DNA of 64,000 nucleotides from Hormiphora californensis (Eukaryota; Animalia; Ctenophora): NCBI GenBank assembly GCA_020137815.1, contig CM035353.1, positions 682,001 to 746,000 of the forward strand, read 5' to 3'. Shown piece by piece: positions 1 to 13,323 of this stretch (position 1 is its first letter; each line of letters starts with the position of its first letter). The notes under the pieces were generated by a model. It saw only the letters and a program-made list of their open reading frames with translations, ran no database searches and was not told where the DNA came from. The position numbers and the translations under genes were made by a program.

Positions 1-2108
1 CCGGGGAATGTGGGTACCTCATGGCCTCGAAATTGTACAACGTACCCAAGAGCACCCTGGAACGGAGGGTGAAAGGACAAAACAAATTTGCAGAGGGGGC
101 GATGAAAATTATGGGGAGTGGAACTACCATTTTGTCTGCAGATCTTGAACAGGAGTTGTGTGATCACATCCTGCTACTGGAGGCGCATTTATTTGGTTTG
201 ACGATAACGGAGATCCGTCGACTGGCCTACGAGCTCGCAGAGCGAAATAATATCAAGCACAACTTCAGTAAGACAGAAATGGCAGCAGGCTACCACTGGT
301 ACTACTCCTTTATGGGCCGATTTCCACAGCTATCTCTACGAAAGCCTGAAAACGTCTCTATCGCCCGGTCATTTTCGTTTAGCGAGAGCAAGGTCAAAGA
401 TTTCTTCAGTTTATACGTCGAGCTTATGGAGAAGCATAGCTTCGGGCCCTCCAGAGTTTTTAATGCAGACGAAAAAGGACTGAGTACAGTTCCTAATTAC
501 CCACCACGGATTGTTGGGAAAAGAGGAAAGAAGCAGGTCGGAAGTATAGCCAGTGCCGAAAGAGGCACCAACACTACTGTGGTGATGTGTGGAAATGCTG
601 CCGGGGAGTATGTGCCGCCATTCTTTGTTTTCCCAAGGAAGAAGATGAATCCAGAACTGCTGAGGGGAGCTCCAATGGATAGCAAGTGTTTTATGCAGCC
701 CACAGGTTGGATAACAACTGAAGGTTTTCTGAAATGGATGAGCCACTTCATTGAGTATGTGGGCTGTACAATGGAAAGGAGAGCGATCCTCATCCTCGAT
801 GGCCATGTCACCCACGTGAAGAGTCTGGCTGTGGTTGAACTAGCAAGAGCAAATGGCTTGACCATGATAGCCCTACCCCCGCACACAACGCACAGGATGC
901 AGCCATTGGATGTTACTGTGATGGGACCTTTGGAGACCGGATTTTCTGTAGCTTGCAAGGATTGGATGAGGGCACATCCGGGTGAAGCGATAACGATCTA
1001 CCGCATTGCAGAACTCTTTGGAAAGGGGTACGAAAAAGTCGTCAAATCGGACAGCTTAACCTCTGGGTTTGCCAAATGTGGGTTGTGGCCGGTGCAACCG
1101 ACCGTTTTTGATGGCATGTTTACTACTGCTCATCAACAGCCCTCTACAGAAGGTGGACCAGACCAGTCTGATTCTGAACTACCTCCATCAACACCACCAC
1201 AACAGCAAGCAGATGACTACGCGGAGCAGAATCCCAGCAGCACCAAGCCAAGTGACATCATCCCGGTGCCAGTCATCACCGAGAAGGCCAAGAATCCCAG
1301 GAGAGGTGGTAGGTGTGGGAAAGCAGCAGTCCTAACCGCAACCCCGTACGTTCAGGAGCTGAAGACAGAGGAAGAGAACCGTCAGCTGAAAGAATTGGTC
1401 AAGGAGCTGAAGAGAGAGAACAGAGATTTGAAGCGGACTGTGAAAGAGACAAAGAAGTCGCAAAAATCGAAGAAAAAGTCAACGAAAAAGAAGAGTCGTG
1501 ATACAGAATCTGCCGATTCTGATGAGGAACAGGGTACCCCAGGAAATCCAGAAAACATACGCATTGTCAACAACTATGTTAGATCCCGACCGACCCGTGA
1601 GAAGAAACTTAAGGCGAAGAAGGAGTTGTTTTCATCTGCCGGACCAACTGACGATAAAATTAAAGAGGAACCGAGCTGCTCAACTGGCGATGTCACTGGA
1701 ACAGAAGTAGCTGATGCAGTCTGTGGAGATTTCGTTCTGGTGCGATTTGATGACGTATACTATGCTGGCTACATCATCAACATAACTTCCGACCAGGTAT
1801 TAAATTTATTTTAAAACGCTTGCCATGCTAAATTTTCGTATTAACTGCACAAGGCCATCTGTTTAATATGTCTTTTCCTGTCACAGGAACGGGAGATTAA
1901 GTTTCTGAGGAAGGTTGCTGTGAGATCCCCTTCTAAGACGAAGATAAAGTTTGTATACCCAACAGCTGATGACGTGAAAGTGGTTGAACTCGATGACGTC
2001 GTTCTAGTGTTGGGAAAACCAGCTGTGGCCCCCAAGACTAGCAAGCGGTTGTCGTCTCAGCTACTGTTTGAAGACACACGGCTCCAATCTTTCCAGCCGA
2101 TTTACTAG
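1..2108 (+). CDS. pogo/Tigger-like DDE transposase (HTH + DDE_1 + C-terminal Tudor-like domain), 5' truncated by window; exons <21-1796 and 1887-2108
   Basis: HTH 'YNVPKSTLERRV'; DDE_1 motifs 'FNADEKG', 'LILDGHVTH', 'LPPHTTHRMQPLDV'. A GT-AG intron at 1797-1886 keeps the frame into 'EREIKFLRK...FVYPTADD'. Confidence 0.9.
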
Positions 2109-2239
2109 CTTCTAATGCCTGCCAGACTCTATATATAGATACGAATCATAATGTATCCCCTTACATTTTTCTTTAACATCTCTAATATCTGCATTTATGA
2201 TGATTTGTAGCTGTCGCAGTAGTGTAAAACTTCATTTAG

Positions 2240-2520
2240 ATCAAATGGGATACAAATTTTCGGCCCAAATGGGATATCCCATATTACCAAAAAGTACTAT
2301 CCCATTTTACCACATTTTATTTCGGCTGTAAAATTTGCACCCCAAATGGGATATCACGATATTCACGCATCAGAGCATATTGGGCACATAAAACCATAAT
2401 GGGGATATATATTGGGGCAAAACAGCATCCTGGGTTGTTAATCAGAAGGGATGAGTGTAATAACGTATGAGGTGTACTCAAAAATATAATGGTATCCCAT
2501 TATAGGCTAATCTCCCCTAC
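2240..2520. mobile_element. Putative right end of the pogo-like element with subterminal AAATGGGATA/TATCCCAT repeats
   Basis: Repeated short motifs in both orientations, ending ...ATCTCCCC-TA. The left end is outside the window. Confidence 0.5.
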
Positions 2521-2543
2521 ACATCCAATATTCTTTAATTTCC

Positions 2544-2671
2544 CAGTGGGGTTGAGGGCTAGCTCGTCTCCGGCTACTGCGCTCCAAGCACGGGTGTGAC
2601 ATGTGTTTAACCCTGTCACACCCGTGCTTGGAGCGCAGTAGCCGGAGACGAGCTAGCCCTCAACCCCACTG
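2544..2671. mobile_element. 128-bp palindromic MITE-like element (58-bp perfect arms, 12-bp spacer)
   Basis: CAGTGGGGTTGAGG...GTGTGACA / TGTCACAC...CAACCCCACTG; no TSD seen. Confidence 0.75.
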
Positions 2672-3563
2672 CAAGTTATAATATCTCATCCCTATTAGTG
2701 GACTTCAGTAAACTGCGACATGTTGTGGGATCTACTATCAGACGTGGATAAAAAGATATACAACTTTGATGTCATGGAGATAATTTGGGAACAATACTAC
2801 CCCAACTTTTTCAGAGGTATATCAATTGGACTCCCTCCAAGTACCTACTGGCAGTAGGCTACTGCTATTAGATTATTATAATATCAACTAGAATATTAAA
2901 TTGTACCTGGAATGTTGGGAAAATATTTAGCATACTTGCCCCCCCCCCCCAGCTCCCTGGAGCACGTTTCCCGTGTATCTCTTCAGACTTCAATTGAGTG
3001 GCATGGAATAAAAAACGGGCGTAATTTTGAGCAAAATATTAAATTTGAGTCCACACAATGCAGTACACGGAATAGGTCGGTATACAAATACCCTAGACTG
3101 TGTTTCGCGGGCGGGGCGCACGAAACAGTCTAGCTAGGCAACATCTGATGGTGCCATTTCTTTCCTTTAGCCCTCGTGCTAGCCAGGTTGCCCCCACCCC
3201 CACAGCACCCTCTGTCCCCGGGCCCCCACAGTACCCCCTGTCCCCACGCAGGTACCAAGAAATACTTACTGAAGGAAGACATGAGCGAGGGAAAACTGGT
3301 TCTCGCCAAGCAGAAACAGATGAGGTATATTACATGTCAATTATTGTGTTTATGTGTTCATAAATGTATCATAAATCTTCATTATTATTGTATTTGTGTA
3401 TGCTGTGATCGTATGAAGCAGGGGTATAGGAACGTAGAGCATGCTATGATATGCCCTTGAGCGAGTTTAATTGTCGATTACTTGGTAAATACGTGATTTC
3501 AGATTGTGTGCAAGCAAGCCTGTAAAAAGACAAAACTATGCACTGTTTTATCTTTTTACATAC

Positions 3564-3734
<171 letters not shown>

Positions 3735-4242
3735 CGATATAAATTGTATATCTATACGTATCTCACTTATTCTCGCACTTTGCTAACAAAGTCAGTGTAT
3801 TGTAGTGTAGACACCGCCCTGTGACAGTGTGTATTATATAAAGTGTAATCACAGCAGTACTAAACCGTGTTTTGCCAAATGAAAAAGGTATTGCAAGAAG
3901 ATACGTAATAAATGAGTATACAGAGTGCATGACTATAATTATTCCGTCTTCCACAATTGTAACAGATCTTAATTCTTTTCTATTTTTAACAAACTATCAT
4001 TTTCTAGATCCTGGATCTTTTCCAACAGTGCAGGAAGTTTTATTATTATGGATTTTATTACCCCTTCCTCCCCCGCTATATATCCCATTTCTTTTACTCC
4101 TATAACACGAGTTATTTTGGCACTAAGTTTACCGTTTTACTCCTAGATTAAAGAACATGACGCATGCATGTGTGGCTATATTTCTGGCGAGTGTGCTCTA
4201 CTTTCTATACCCCCTGCTCTTAGGGTCCGCCCGGTCATAGGT

Positions 4243-4374
4243 ATGTGGTTTAATGTGTGGTTTAATATGTGGTTTCATATGTGGTTTCATGTGGTTTCAT
4301 ATGTGGTTTCATATGTGGTTTCATATGTGGTTTCATATGTGGTTTCATGTGTGTTTTCATATGTGGTTTCATGT
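4243..4374. repeat. 12-bp tandem repeat (ATATGTGGTTTC)n
   Basis: Direct inspection. Confidence 0.9.
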
Positions 4375-4859
4375 CTTATTGTCTGTGTGAAACTTGGTGT
4401 TTTTAGTGTTTTCTCTGTCATCTGACTCATGTGACTGTGCCTCTCTTTCTCTCTCACTCTCACTCTCACTCACTCTCACCCTCTCTCCATCGCTCACACT
4501 GTGCTACTACAGTGCTGTTATTTCTTCTTCACCCGTTTCCTCCTCCCCCTCTTCCCAGACTTAGAATTGTTCACACACACACAGTGTCAGGCGACTCAAC
4601 CCAAACTGCTGCTGCCACCACCAGCATGCTGTGGGAATATATCGGATGATCTCTCCCCCCTTGTCTCGACTGACAGTGACGCGCGGGAACTCCCTTATAA
4701 TGAGAGATGCGAGTGCGCGGCATGTTCCCCACGGCATTCACTGCAGCAGGAAGTGAACTAGAACTTCCTCATCCGTTACCACATACACACACACACACAC
4801 ACACCCCAATTTGAAATTTCCCAAATCCCCATATCTTTACCCGACTACAACCCCCCTCC

Positions 4860-5265
4860 GTTTTCCTCTCCCTTTTACCCACGAGCTAATCCTCTTTCCC
4901 TCTACCCCACGAGCTAATTCCACTTTTCCTCTTCTCTAACCCACGAGCTAATCCTTTTCCTCTCTTTACCCCATAAGCTAACCCCCCCCCTCTTCCTCTC
5001 CTTTTACCCCACAAGCTAATCCCCATTTTCCTCTCTCCCTACCCCACGAGCTAATTCCCCCTTTCCTCTCCCTACGGCCCCACGAGCTAATCCCCATTTT
5101 CCTCTCCCTTTACCCCCCCCCCAAGCTAATCCCCCTTTCCTCTCCCTTACCCCACAAGCTAATCCTCTTCCTCTCCATTTACCCCATAAGGTAACCCCCC
5201 CCCCTTTCCTCTCTCTTCCCCCATAAGCTAATCCCCATTTTAATCCCATTTTCCTCTCTTGACAG
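4860..5265 (+). repeat. ~37-bp tandem repeat (GCTAAT + pyrimidine tract) ending at a probable acceptor TTGACAG
   Basis: About 10 degenerate units. They are followed by an open exon-like segment ATEDLEHLSDYNCPSGLSVSIHEVACLS*. Confidence 0.75.
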
Positions 5266-6141
5266 GCTACAGAAGATCTGGAACATCTCAGTGACTATAA
5301 TTGTCCTTCTGGTTTGTCGGTTTCTATTCATGAAGTCGCCTGTCTGTCGTAATTTATGGTTTAAACTTCTCGGCCTTGCTATGCGGGGGCTCCGACAACT
5401 TCGACTGACCCTCGTTTCATGATTTTCCAGGGATGATTTAGGACACAAGTTGATGTTTGTCTCTCATTGATGTCTGTGTTTGTGTTCCTGTGATTCCTCA
5501 ATTTGTTATGTTGTGGGGGGTAAATCATAAAGAGGGGGTGTTCTGTGTATTGTTTAATGTTATAATACCGCTGTTTAGTTGGTGAAACCTTAAAGTGATG
5601 TTATCCTTGCTGACTCTATGAGAGGAACTCGCTTGACCGTATTGAACCCATTTTAATCCGAACAATTTAGATTTGAATAATTTAGCCCCTTTTTGTTGTG
5701 TTCGTTTAGATTAGCTGCCCGCTTAGTGCGGAACATGGGTCGCTGTGTGGTGTCGTATATATCATATGTGTAAATAATACGCGAATTCTCTGATCGCCTA
5801 ATGTTATATTATCTCTCTCCTGATTTCCATCAAGCTCTATGTTTCTAACAAGTTATATAAATCGTTTTACGCGTTTATCAACAAAAAGCAAGAAAATCAC
5901 GTTAGTAGGTAATAACTGTGTAACAGCAGTAGACCCCCCATTTACCGTGTCTCTATACACTGTATCCAAATCTAGCCTCCCGGCGAATCGAGAGTCTACT
6001 GTTATTTCATTTTAATTAACTACACATAAAATAATCACGTTTAGTTTTAGTTACAATTTAATTACAAATTAGAAAAACTTGGCCAAGCTCCACTCCAAAA
6101 CCGAAACATGTATACAAAAACATTCGCGGATACTGTCACAT

Positions 6142-9100
6142 TTAACAAAGGTGGATATGTCGACAGACACCATCAGAGCATCTCGTTAGACCACCTCCAC
6201 ACGTGTCCTCCTCGCCTGTGTTAAGTGATTGTCCAGTTAGTTTTATGAAGGAGCAGTTATGTGTCTTTATGAAGGAGTTGGTGTCTTTCAGTAGAATAAT
6301 GGGGCCAAACACAAACAAACAAGTAATTTACTCACCCTTCTCACAGACTCCACAACTGACTTTACAGTTACCAATCATGTAGGCGTAGTACTCGCTGGTA
6401 GAACTACAGAATCCAAGTCCTGCCCAGGTGGAGCAGTACTGTTCCTTATCTTCACATGATTCTAAAGGTGGGGGGTGGGTAGATCAATTTAGTTATTTGT
6501 TTGGGGGGGGGGTAAGATAGTTTAGTTGTTTGGGGGGGGGGGACATGTTAATTGTTAATAAATCACCTCTTTCTTTCGATTTTGTTAATTAACGTTAATT
6601 AACAAAATTAACAAAATTAACAAATGCTAAAATATTGGTGTTATCGGTTGATAATACGACTTTAACTGATTTAATTTTGTAGTTTAATAACTTATCTAAC
6701 GTTTGTATACCCATACAAGGCCTCCTCCGATAACCAAAGTCCAACATACAAGTTTTTTGGCTCCAAATCGATCAAAATTTAAAGATTACGAATATTTCAA
6801 TTTAGCGTGTAAAATGTCACTTGAATGTAATTTTTTCATTGATAATCCATTCTTCAGACGAAAGAAAGTGGTGCACAACGTTTCTGTTTGGAAAATACGA
6901 AAAAATTCCCAAATTTGCTTTTTTTGGTCAAAAATTGAAAATTTGCTTCGCTACAAATCCTTGTGTTTTTTAGAAAAAATTATTTTTGGGATATTTTTCG
7001 ATTGAAAGTAAATTTATGAGTCTTATTAAGTTTTTAAGGTTGGAAAATGTGGATTAGTGTCATTTGACCTCAATTGCGGTTCAGGTTGGCTAGTTTTTGT
7101 TCAAATTTACAAAATGGAACAAATCGTTGTGGGAAGGCTGTAGTAGACGGCTTGGGGGTATGCAAATCATGCAGAAGGTACATCTTTGTTCGCAGAACAA
7201 CATGCAGCATGTGTAATACCAAAATACATGTGCTAAAGGGACTTTAGATGGTATAAATGGCAGTTGTTAATGTTTGTTAACTTTTGTTAATTATGTTAAT
7301 AAATCACCTGTTTTTTCGATGTTAATATTAACAAAGTTAACAAAATTAACATGTCCCCCCCCCCGTTTGGGGGGGGGGGGGTAAGATAGTTTAGTTGTTT
7401 GTTGGGGGGGGGGGTGTAAGATAGTTTAGTTGTTTGGGGGGGGGGGGGGGGGGGAAGATAGTTTAGTTGTTTGTTTGGGGGGGGGTTAGCATAGTTTAGT
7501 TGTTTGTTTGGGGGGGGGGGGGTAAGATAGTTTAGTTGTTTGTTTGGGGGGGGGGGGGTAAGATAGGGGGTAAGATAGTTTAGTTGTTTGTATTGGGGAG
7601 GAAACATATATCAGTTTAGTTGCTTTGTAGGGTAGTTGAAACTGAGTAAAATGATGCTGTATTACTAACCAATTAACTAATTACTAACTAGTAACTAACC
7701 ACAGAAAGCGCATGTTTTGGCACAGTTCAGTTCCATGTAATTGTAGTATTGGTTACCATCCTCACAGTATCCGGCATCCTTCCAAGTACCGCAGTACTCG
7801 TTATTATCCTTACAATCATCTGTACAGGTGATTCAATTAGTTAACTGTAGCTAGTACTAATCACTAATCTACAGGTGATTCAATTAGATCATGTTTAGAT
7901 CAATAATTAGATCAATCAGACCATACTGCTGCTCGCTACTAGAATCTATATAATGCGAAGGAGCCCCACTCACCCCTATTAACAGTTGAGTATTGTAACT
8001 CAACCAACTCAACCCCCTGATTATAATCTGGTAACCCCCTGATTATAAGAGATCTATGTGTGTGTTACCTGCAACAGGTGAAGTGCATGCATCCACACCG
8101 GTAGACCCCTTCTTGCTTGTCGTCCCACTGGGACACTTGGTGCACGAGCTGGCCCCCGCTCCACTGTACGTGTTAACAGGGCACATGGTACACCCCTCCG
8201 CACTAGAGTAATAGCCAGCCACGCAGCCCCCTGTATACAAGTGAGAGGGGTAATATAAGTGAGCGGGATGTTGTTTTGTTGAATGATGTATAACAGTTAA
8301 CAGTCCCCCCCCCCTTTTTGGGTACATGGGTATATATATCCCGAGGGTGACTCACGTTTGGTGCACTGTCTTGCAGCAGTGGATCCAGCCGGTGATGTTT
8401 TACCCGTTGGGCACTCCTCGCATTCACTGTTACCACCGGACCCGTAGGTACCCTGTGTTGAAACACATGGATTTTAGTCAGGTGGTCTCAGGTCTAGTCT
8501 CGATAAGTAAGTCAGGTGGTACTGTTCTAATCGGGATTCTTTGAATACAGTTAAACGGCCGAGTACCTCTCTAACTAAGTCATCTGAAGTCACTAATCCA
8601 CAGCTAAGTCTCACAAACTCTAACTGAATCACTAAGAATCACTGACTAAGTCTATCTCACTCCACAGCTATTACCCACCTCAGGACACTGTTTACAGCCC
8701 TGTTTTGTAGAGGTGTATCCCGCCTTGCAGGAGCAACTCTGCCCACATGTAACGGGGCAGTTGAGCGCCATGTAGTCCACGTAGCTAGTGGTGCAATACC
8801 CCAGACCTTGGTACGTCTCACAGCTTGTAATACTGTCACGGCACACTGCCAAAATAAACTTGATAGAAGTGACAAATTGGAGAGTTATTTATTAAAACAA
8901 ATAAACCGGAGAGTTATTTATTAGACGCTTACCCCAGAAACTCTATTCTTTATTATACCTAAAGTGCCTAAGTTACCTAATACCATTTATCTCAACAACT
9001 TTGGTGTTAGCTGAATAACTTACAGCAGTTTCCACAGCTCTTTTTACAGTAAGCCTTCATGAAGCCCTCATATTCATGCCCAGTTTCACAGTACCCCTTC

Positions 9101-12100
9101 TTAGCCCAGGTACCACATTCGTCCTTTTCGTCATCACATGCTGTAGATATATACACAGGGATAGTTACGTGTGGCTCACACCGTCATTTTGTTTCAAATC
9201 CATGGTCTGTAATGGTACAAATAGTTTTCACACTTTTCCCCCAAACACCACACTGCTCCGATTAGACACTAGTCTGGTAGGTATCAGGCAGGTATGGTAA
9301 CTCACGGATAATGGTGTTTCCACCGTCACTACCATCATCACCACCATCACCACCATCATCCTCATAGTCATTCTCGTCTAGATCCTTCCATTCTACATAG
9401 TAGGCGTAGGAGAGCAGTCCACAGATATCCCGTCCTCGCTCCATTCGCCCGTACCCGTTGATACCCCAGTCTGCACCCCAGCTGTAACATGTAATTGGAT
9501 TGTAACATGGGGTGTATTGTGTAGCTTGTTGAGTAAGGGGGAAGGGTGTCACACTCTTCCCCCTTACTCAACAAGTTGTAGCAGTGGTGGTTTTCTTCAA
9601 ACCCCTTTTCGGAGGGTCGAGCTATACATTTCGATTTATAGGAATTTGTTTTACCTGTTCTTGATCTCAAAGTAGTTGGTACCGTATCCGGTCAACACGA
9701 CGGCGTGGTTAGGACTTTTTGTAGAAGAGCACCCATCATATACACCTAGGAGATAAGAATCATTATCATATTCAAATGCTCTGACCGCGGTTCTCGTGCG
9801 CAAGAAATGAGAATAGGATCAGGCCCTGTATGGCGGCGCCATACCCCATTTGATTCTCAAATCTGAGCACGCGACAGTGCGCTCAGATGGGGTCGCGGCG
9901 CCAGACAGGTCTGGCCTGAATATATGCTCTGACAGGCATTCATGCATATAATATATTTGGTATTTACCCTCTCCGACACTGTAGAAAGCATCCTCCACGT
10001 GGAATGCGACAGCGAGGGGCATGTTGTTAACGAGATCATATAGCACATCATTCTCAGAACCTGCAGTACTCTGGATGTATCCTGTCACCTTCATCTTGTT
10101 CTGCAGTCTGTTGGTGTGGCTGCCATGGGAGCAGCTGCCATCTCGACCTAGGGGGGGGGCTACATTTAGTACTGGGGGGGGGGGGCTACATTTAGCAATG
10201 TTTTCATTGTGTCACGTGATCTCGTGTTTTGATAACAAGCCGCTTGTTAGCTGCTTCTACACATGGTTTAATGTAAACAATCAGTGAAGACCATCACGTT
10301 GTGCCAAAACGTGAGCCAAACTACACCAGCTGTAACCAAACCTCTAACATTGACAACAGGGGTACTAAAGTCTAGCTGTATACCAGGAACCGACCGACAC
10401 AAGTAAACAACCAATCAGTACTCGTTATTTAGGTCACGTGACTGGTTATCAGCCAATCAGGGACAAGTATTTCCTGATTCGGTCGGTTCCTACTGTATAC
10501 CTTTGTAGGGATAAGAGGCTTCATCGCTGATATGGCCACTCTCAATGACTAGGTCCCATGCGTTGGTGTACCATCCACCGTTACATCCATCCCTGCCTGC
10601 ATCCTCGTAGGTACAATCAAGTAACTCCTGGTGTTGGTATTCAGTTAGGAGAGACAGTTAACCAGCAATTAGTGATGCCATAGGTTCCCGGCCCATTTCA
10701 TCAAAGTTGAGAAAGGGGGGAGCTTAGCGCCATAGTTACCCATACCCGGGCGGTATGTGGTTTGCTCAGCGTGTGGCTAAGTGACAAAAAAACAGCAATT
10801 AGTTGAACTAAACTTTAGACTGTCTCATGTGAGACCTGTCACGCCAATGCTCTGACAACGTGGTTCGTGTGCGCTCCGAGAAATATAACTGGGTCAGGTC
10901 AATGCTCTGACAGTGTGAGACAGAGTATTATAGGAGTGATTTCGTGTAAGAGCTTAGCCTAGCGGGTATTATATACCTGTTCGGAGAGAGAGACAAGTTT
11001 TCCCGTCGCTTTCTTGAACGCAAACTCCATAGGTCCAACCTAGAACAGGAGATCAAGTTTAGTGCAAGGTGTTAGGAAAAGTTATTATGTTCCCTCCTTT
11101 ACACGAAACAGAGTCTAGCTAGGCAGAGGAAAGGGCCCCATGGTGAGACAAACCCCAGCTGTATAGAACATTGAGGACGATGACTCACCGCGCCATAACT
11201 CCAGCAACTCCCGCACTTTCCTTGGTTTTTCACATCAGTTATCATTCCCTTGCTCTTCCAGTCCCATGTCTTGGGAAGATCCGCAGAACTTACAGACATC
11301 AGCATGGGAGCAGACTCTGGAGGAGGGAGAGTTGAGTAAGGAGTAACAAGGAGTAAGGAGTAGCAAGGAGGGAGAGTTTTTATGAGCAATGTGCCGGTTT
11401 ATGTATGCAACATTTCGATAGTTCAGCCGCCCTTTAGATACAAACCGTATTGTATGTTAAGTTGAATTATAACAACAAAGTGAATACTGTCAGGCCAATG
11501 CTCACAGTTCACCCGCGCTCCGCGTGCAGAACTTATTTGAAGAAATGAGAATTATAGGGTCAGGCCAATGCTCTGACAGAGTGAACATGTATGTCGTATA
11601 TTATTGTTTCAACAGCTGTTTCTTCTGTTAGGCCAATGCTTTGACCAGTGACCGCGGATGTTGTACGCTCCGTGTACAGATATTATGAGAATGCATTGTC
11701 AGGCCAATGCTCTGACAAGGTTTCTTACGGAATTTGGCGTTATTCAGTAGGAATGTATCGTTAGTTACTCCCAGAAACTGTTTCCTCTCTTCAACATCCT
11801 GTGACATCAGATAATTTGTTATACCACAAGTATTATAGTTGGCTCAAGATTAATTTGGTTTGGTTTGGGTTGCTCAGATCTGGGACTGTAAACAGCCACG
11901 TATAACAGCCAAGTCTCGCCGACCGATTTAGTGATTTCAGACATACCATGATTGAGAATGAATTGAGGGTCATTTCGTAGGAGGTTTTCTTCTTTCTGAA
12001 CTGTCTGTTGTGCCTCTTACAATCATTGAGACTCTTGATAAATGCTTTCTGCTCCTTCGCCCTGCAAACACACAACCAATCAGAACTTGTTATTTAGGTC

Positions 12101-12731
12101 ACGTGACTGGTTATCAGCCAATCAGGGACCAGTATTTCCTGATTCGGTCGGTTCCTGCATCATTTCATGACTGCGTTTAGGAACCAGCAACTGCCCCCAA
12201 AATGGACCGGAAATGTATTATATCTGTCAGGCATCACCCTGACCCATGGCCATTATCACATGCTTCGGAGCAACTAGAGTGATCAGCATCCAATTGTTAC
12301 AGCTGTACCTACTTATTCTTCTTGTATGTGTCAGGATCAGTGGACGCTTGCAGGAGGGTATCCTCAAAGTCAGTGTACGCTTCAATGTATTTATTAAACG
12401 CGTCCTATTAAAAAGATAAACTTCAATTTAGCCTTTAGCATATGTACTGCTCTGAAGTATTAATTTATAGCGAGTTTATAGCTCATCAGTTAATTGAAAA
12501 CAAGATGTTTTTGTTGAGTAACAAAAATATTTTGTTTTAGATTAGTCTAAGCTCTAAGTAACCTCTTTACAAATCATGTAGCTTATCAGTTAGCTGACTC
12601 ACCGCGTCGGAATCAGATTTCAATATATCATTTTTGATTTTCTTGTTGATCCTCTTGGAGGTCAACTTCTGGGCCTCAGCGATCAGAAGGACCGTGCCGA
12701 ACACGTGCACGACAAACAACACCAAATTCAT
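6142..12731 (-). CDS. Cathepsin L-like papain-family (C1A) protease: signal peptide, I29 prodomain, 4 ShKT and 2 GCC2/GCC3-like modules; 17 exons, ~677 aa
   Basis: Phase-consistent GT-AG exons 12731-12603, 12404-12313, 12061-11947, 11798-11729, 11316-11189, 11039-10977, 10627-10501, 10147-9968, 9745-9655, 9481-9306, 9140-9024, 8845-8679, 8452-8356, 8230-8069, 7819-7700, 6461-6336, 6215-6142. Motifs [40 protein letters not shown]. Confidence 0.93.
6535..7364. mobile_element. Non-autonomous TIR element with poly-G/poly-C termini and 7-bp TSD GTTTGGG (intronic)
   Basis: G8-ACATGTTAATT ... AATTAACATGT-C10; TSD at 6528-6534 and 7365-7371. Confidence 0.75.
7365..7600. repeat. ~33-bp G-rich intronic tandem repeat (Gn-TAAGATAGTTTAGTTGTTTGTTT)
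   Basis: The array continues at 6470-6534 on the other side of the insertion. Confidence 0.85.
10384..10492. mobile_element. 109-bp hAT-type MITE with 8-bp TSD CTGTATAC
   Basis: TIR CAGGAACCGACCGA/TCGGTCGGTTCCTA; TSD 10376-10383 and 10493-10500; a truncated second copy lies at ~12072-12156. Confidence 0.88.
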
Positions 12732-13323
12732 ATTGCGACAAGTAGAAGTAGTGAAAGAATCGGTTGTATGTTTGTTTAGTGTCAGTCTAATGTAATATTG
12801 ACAGCTGTGTGTGTGTCTCTCTCTCTTTCTCTCTCTCTCTCTCTTTCTCTCTCCTCCCTCTCTCTGTCTCACACTATAGACTATGGTAGTGGTAGCCGGG
12901 TGCTGCAGTTCATGTCAATAATATTGACCGGAAACGTACACGGTACTGGTACGAAAAAACCACAATATGACCGCGTCCGACATGAGCTAAGCAATTGACC
13001 TGTTCGTATTTCCCACAAGACAAACAGTTTAAGATACAGACGGACAAAGCATGAAACGGGTTTGGAAGACGTGTCCCCTGCAGTGACACCTTTCCCAAAA
13101 CACCGTATTGAGCTCTAGTATTTCAGACAATTGTACTCGTTTTTATCAAGTAAGTCACTAAGTCATATAATAATGTGTTTGAGTCGTGTTATAGTCTGAC
13201 AATGAGTGAAGTACGAACCTGTCCTTTTGGTTGTTGTATCCCAGTTCGTTTCGTTTTCTGCGGAACTCCCACTGCAGTTGCCTGAAGAATTTCGGTTTCA
13301 GTGGTCCTTGATATACTAATAAT

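Noticed and set aside
12880-13305. Downstream exons of the gene containing exon 32016-31579
   Set aside because: No consistent reading frame could be assembled
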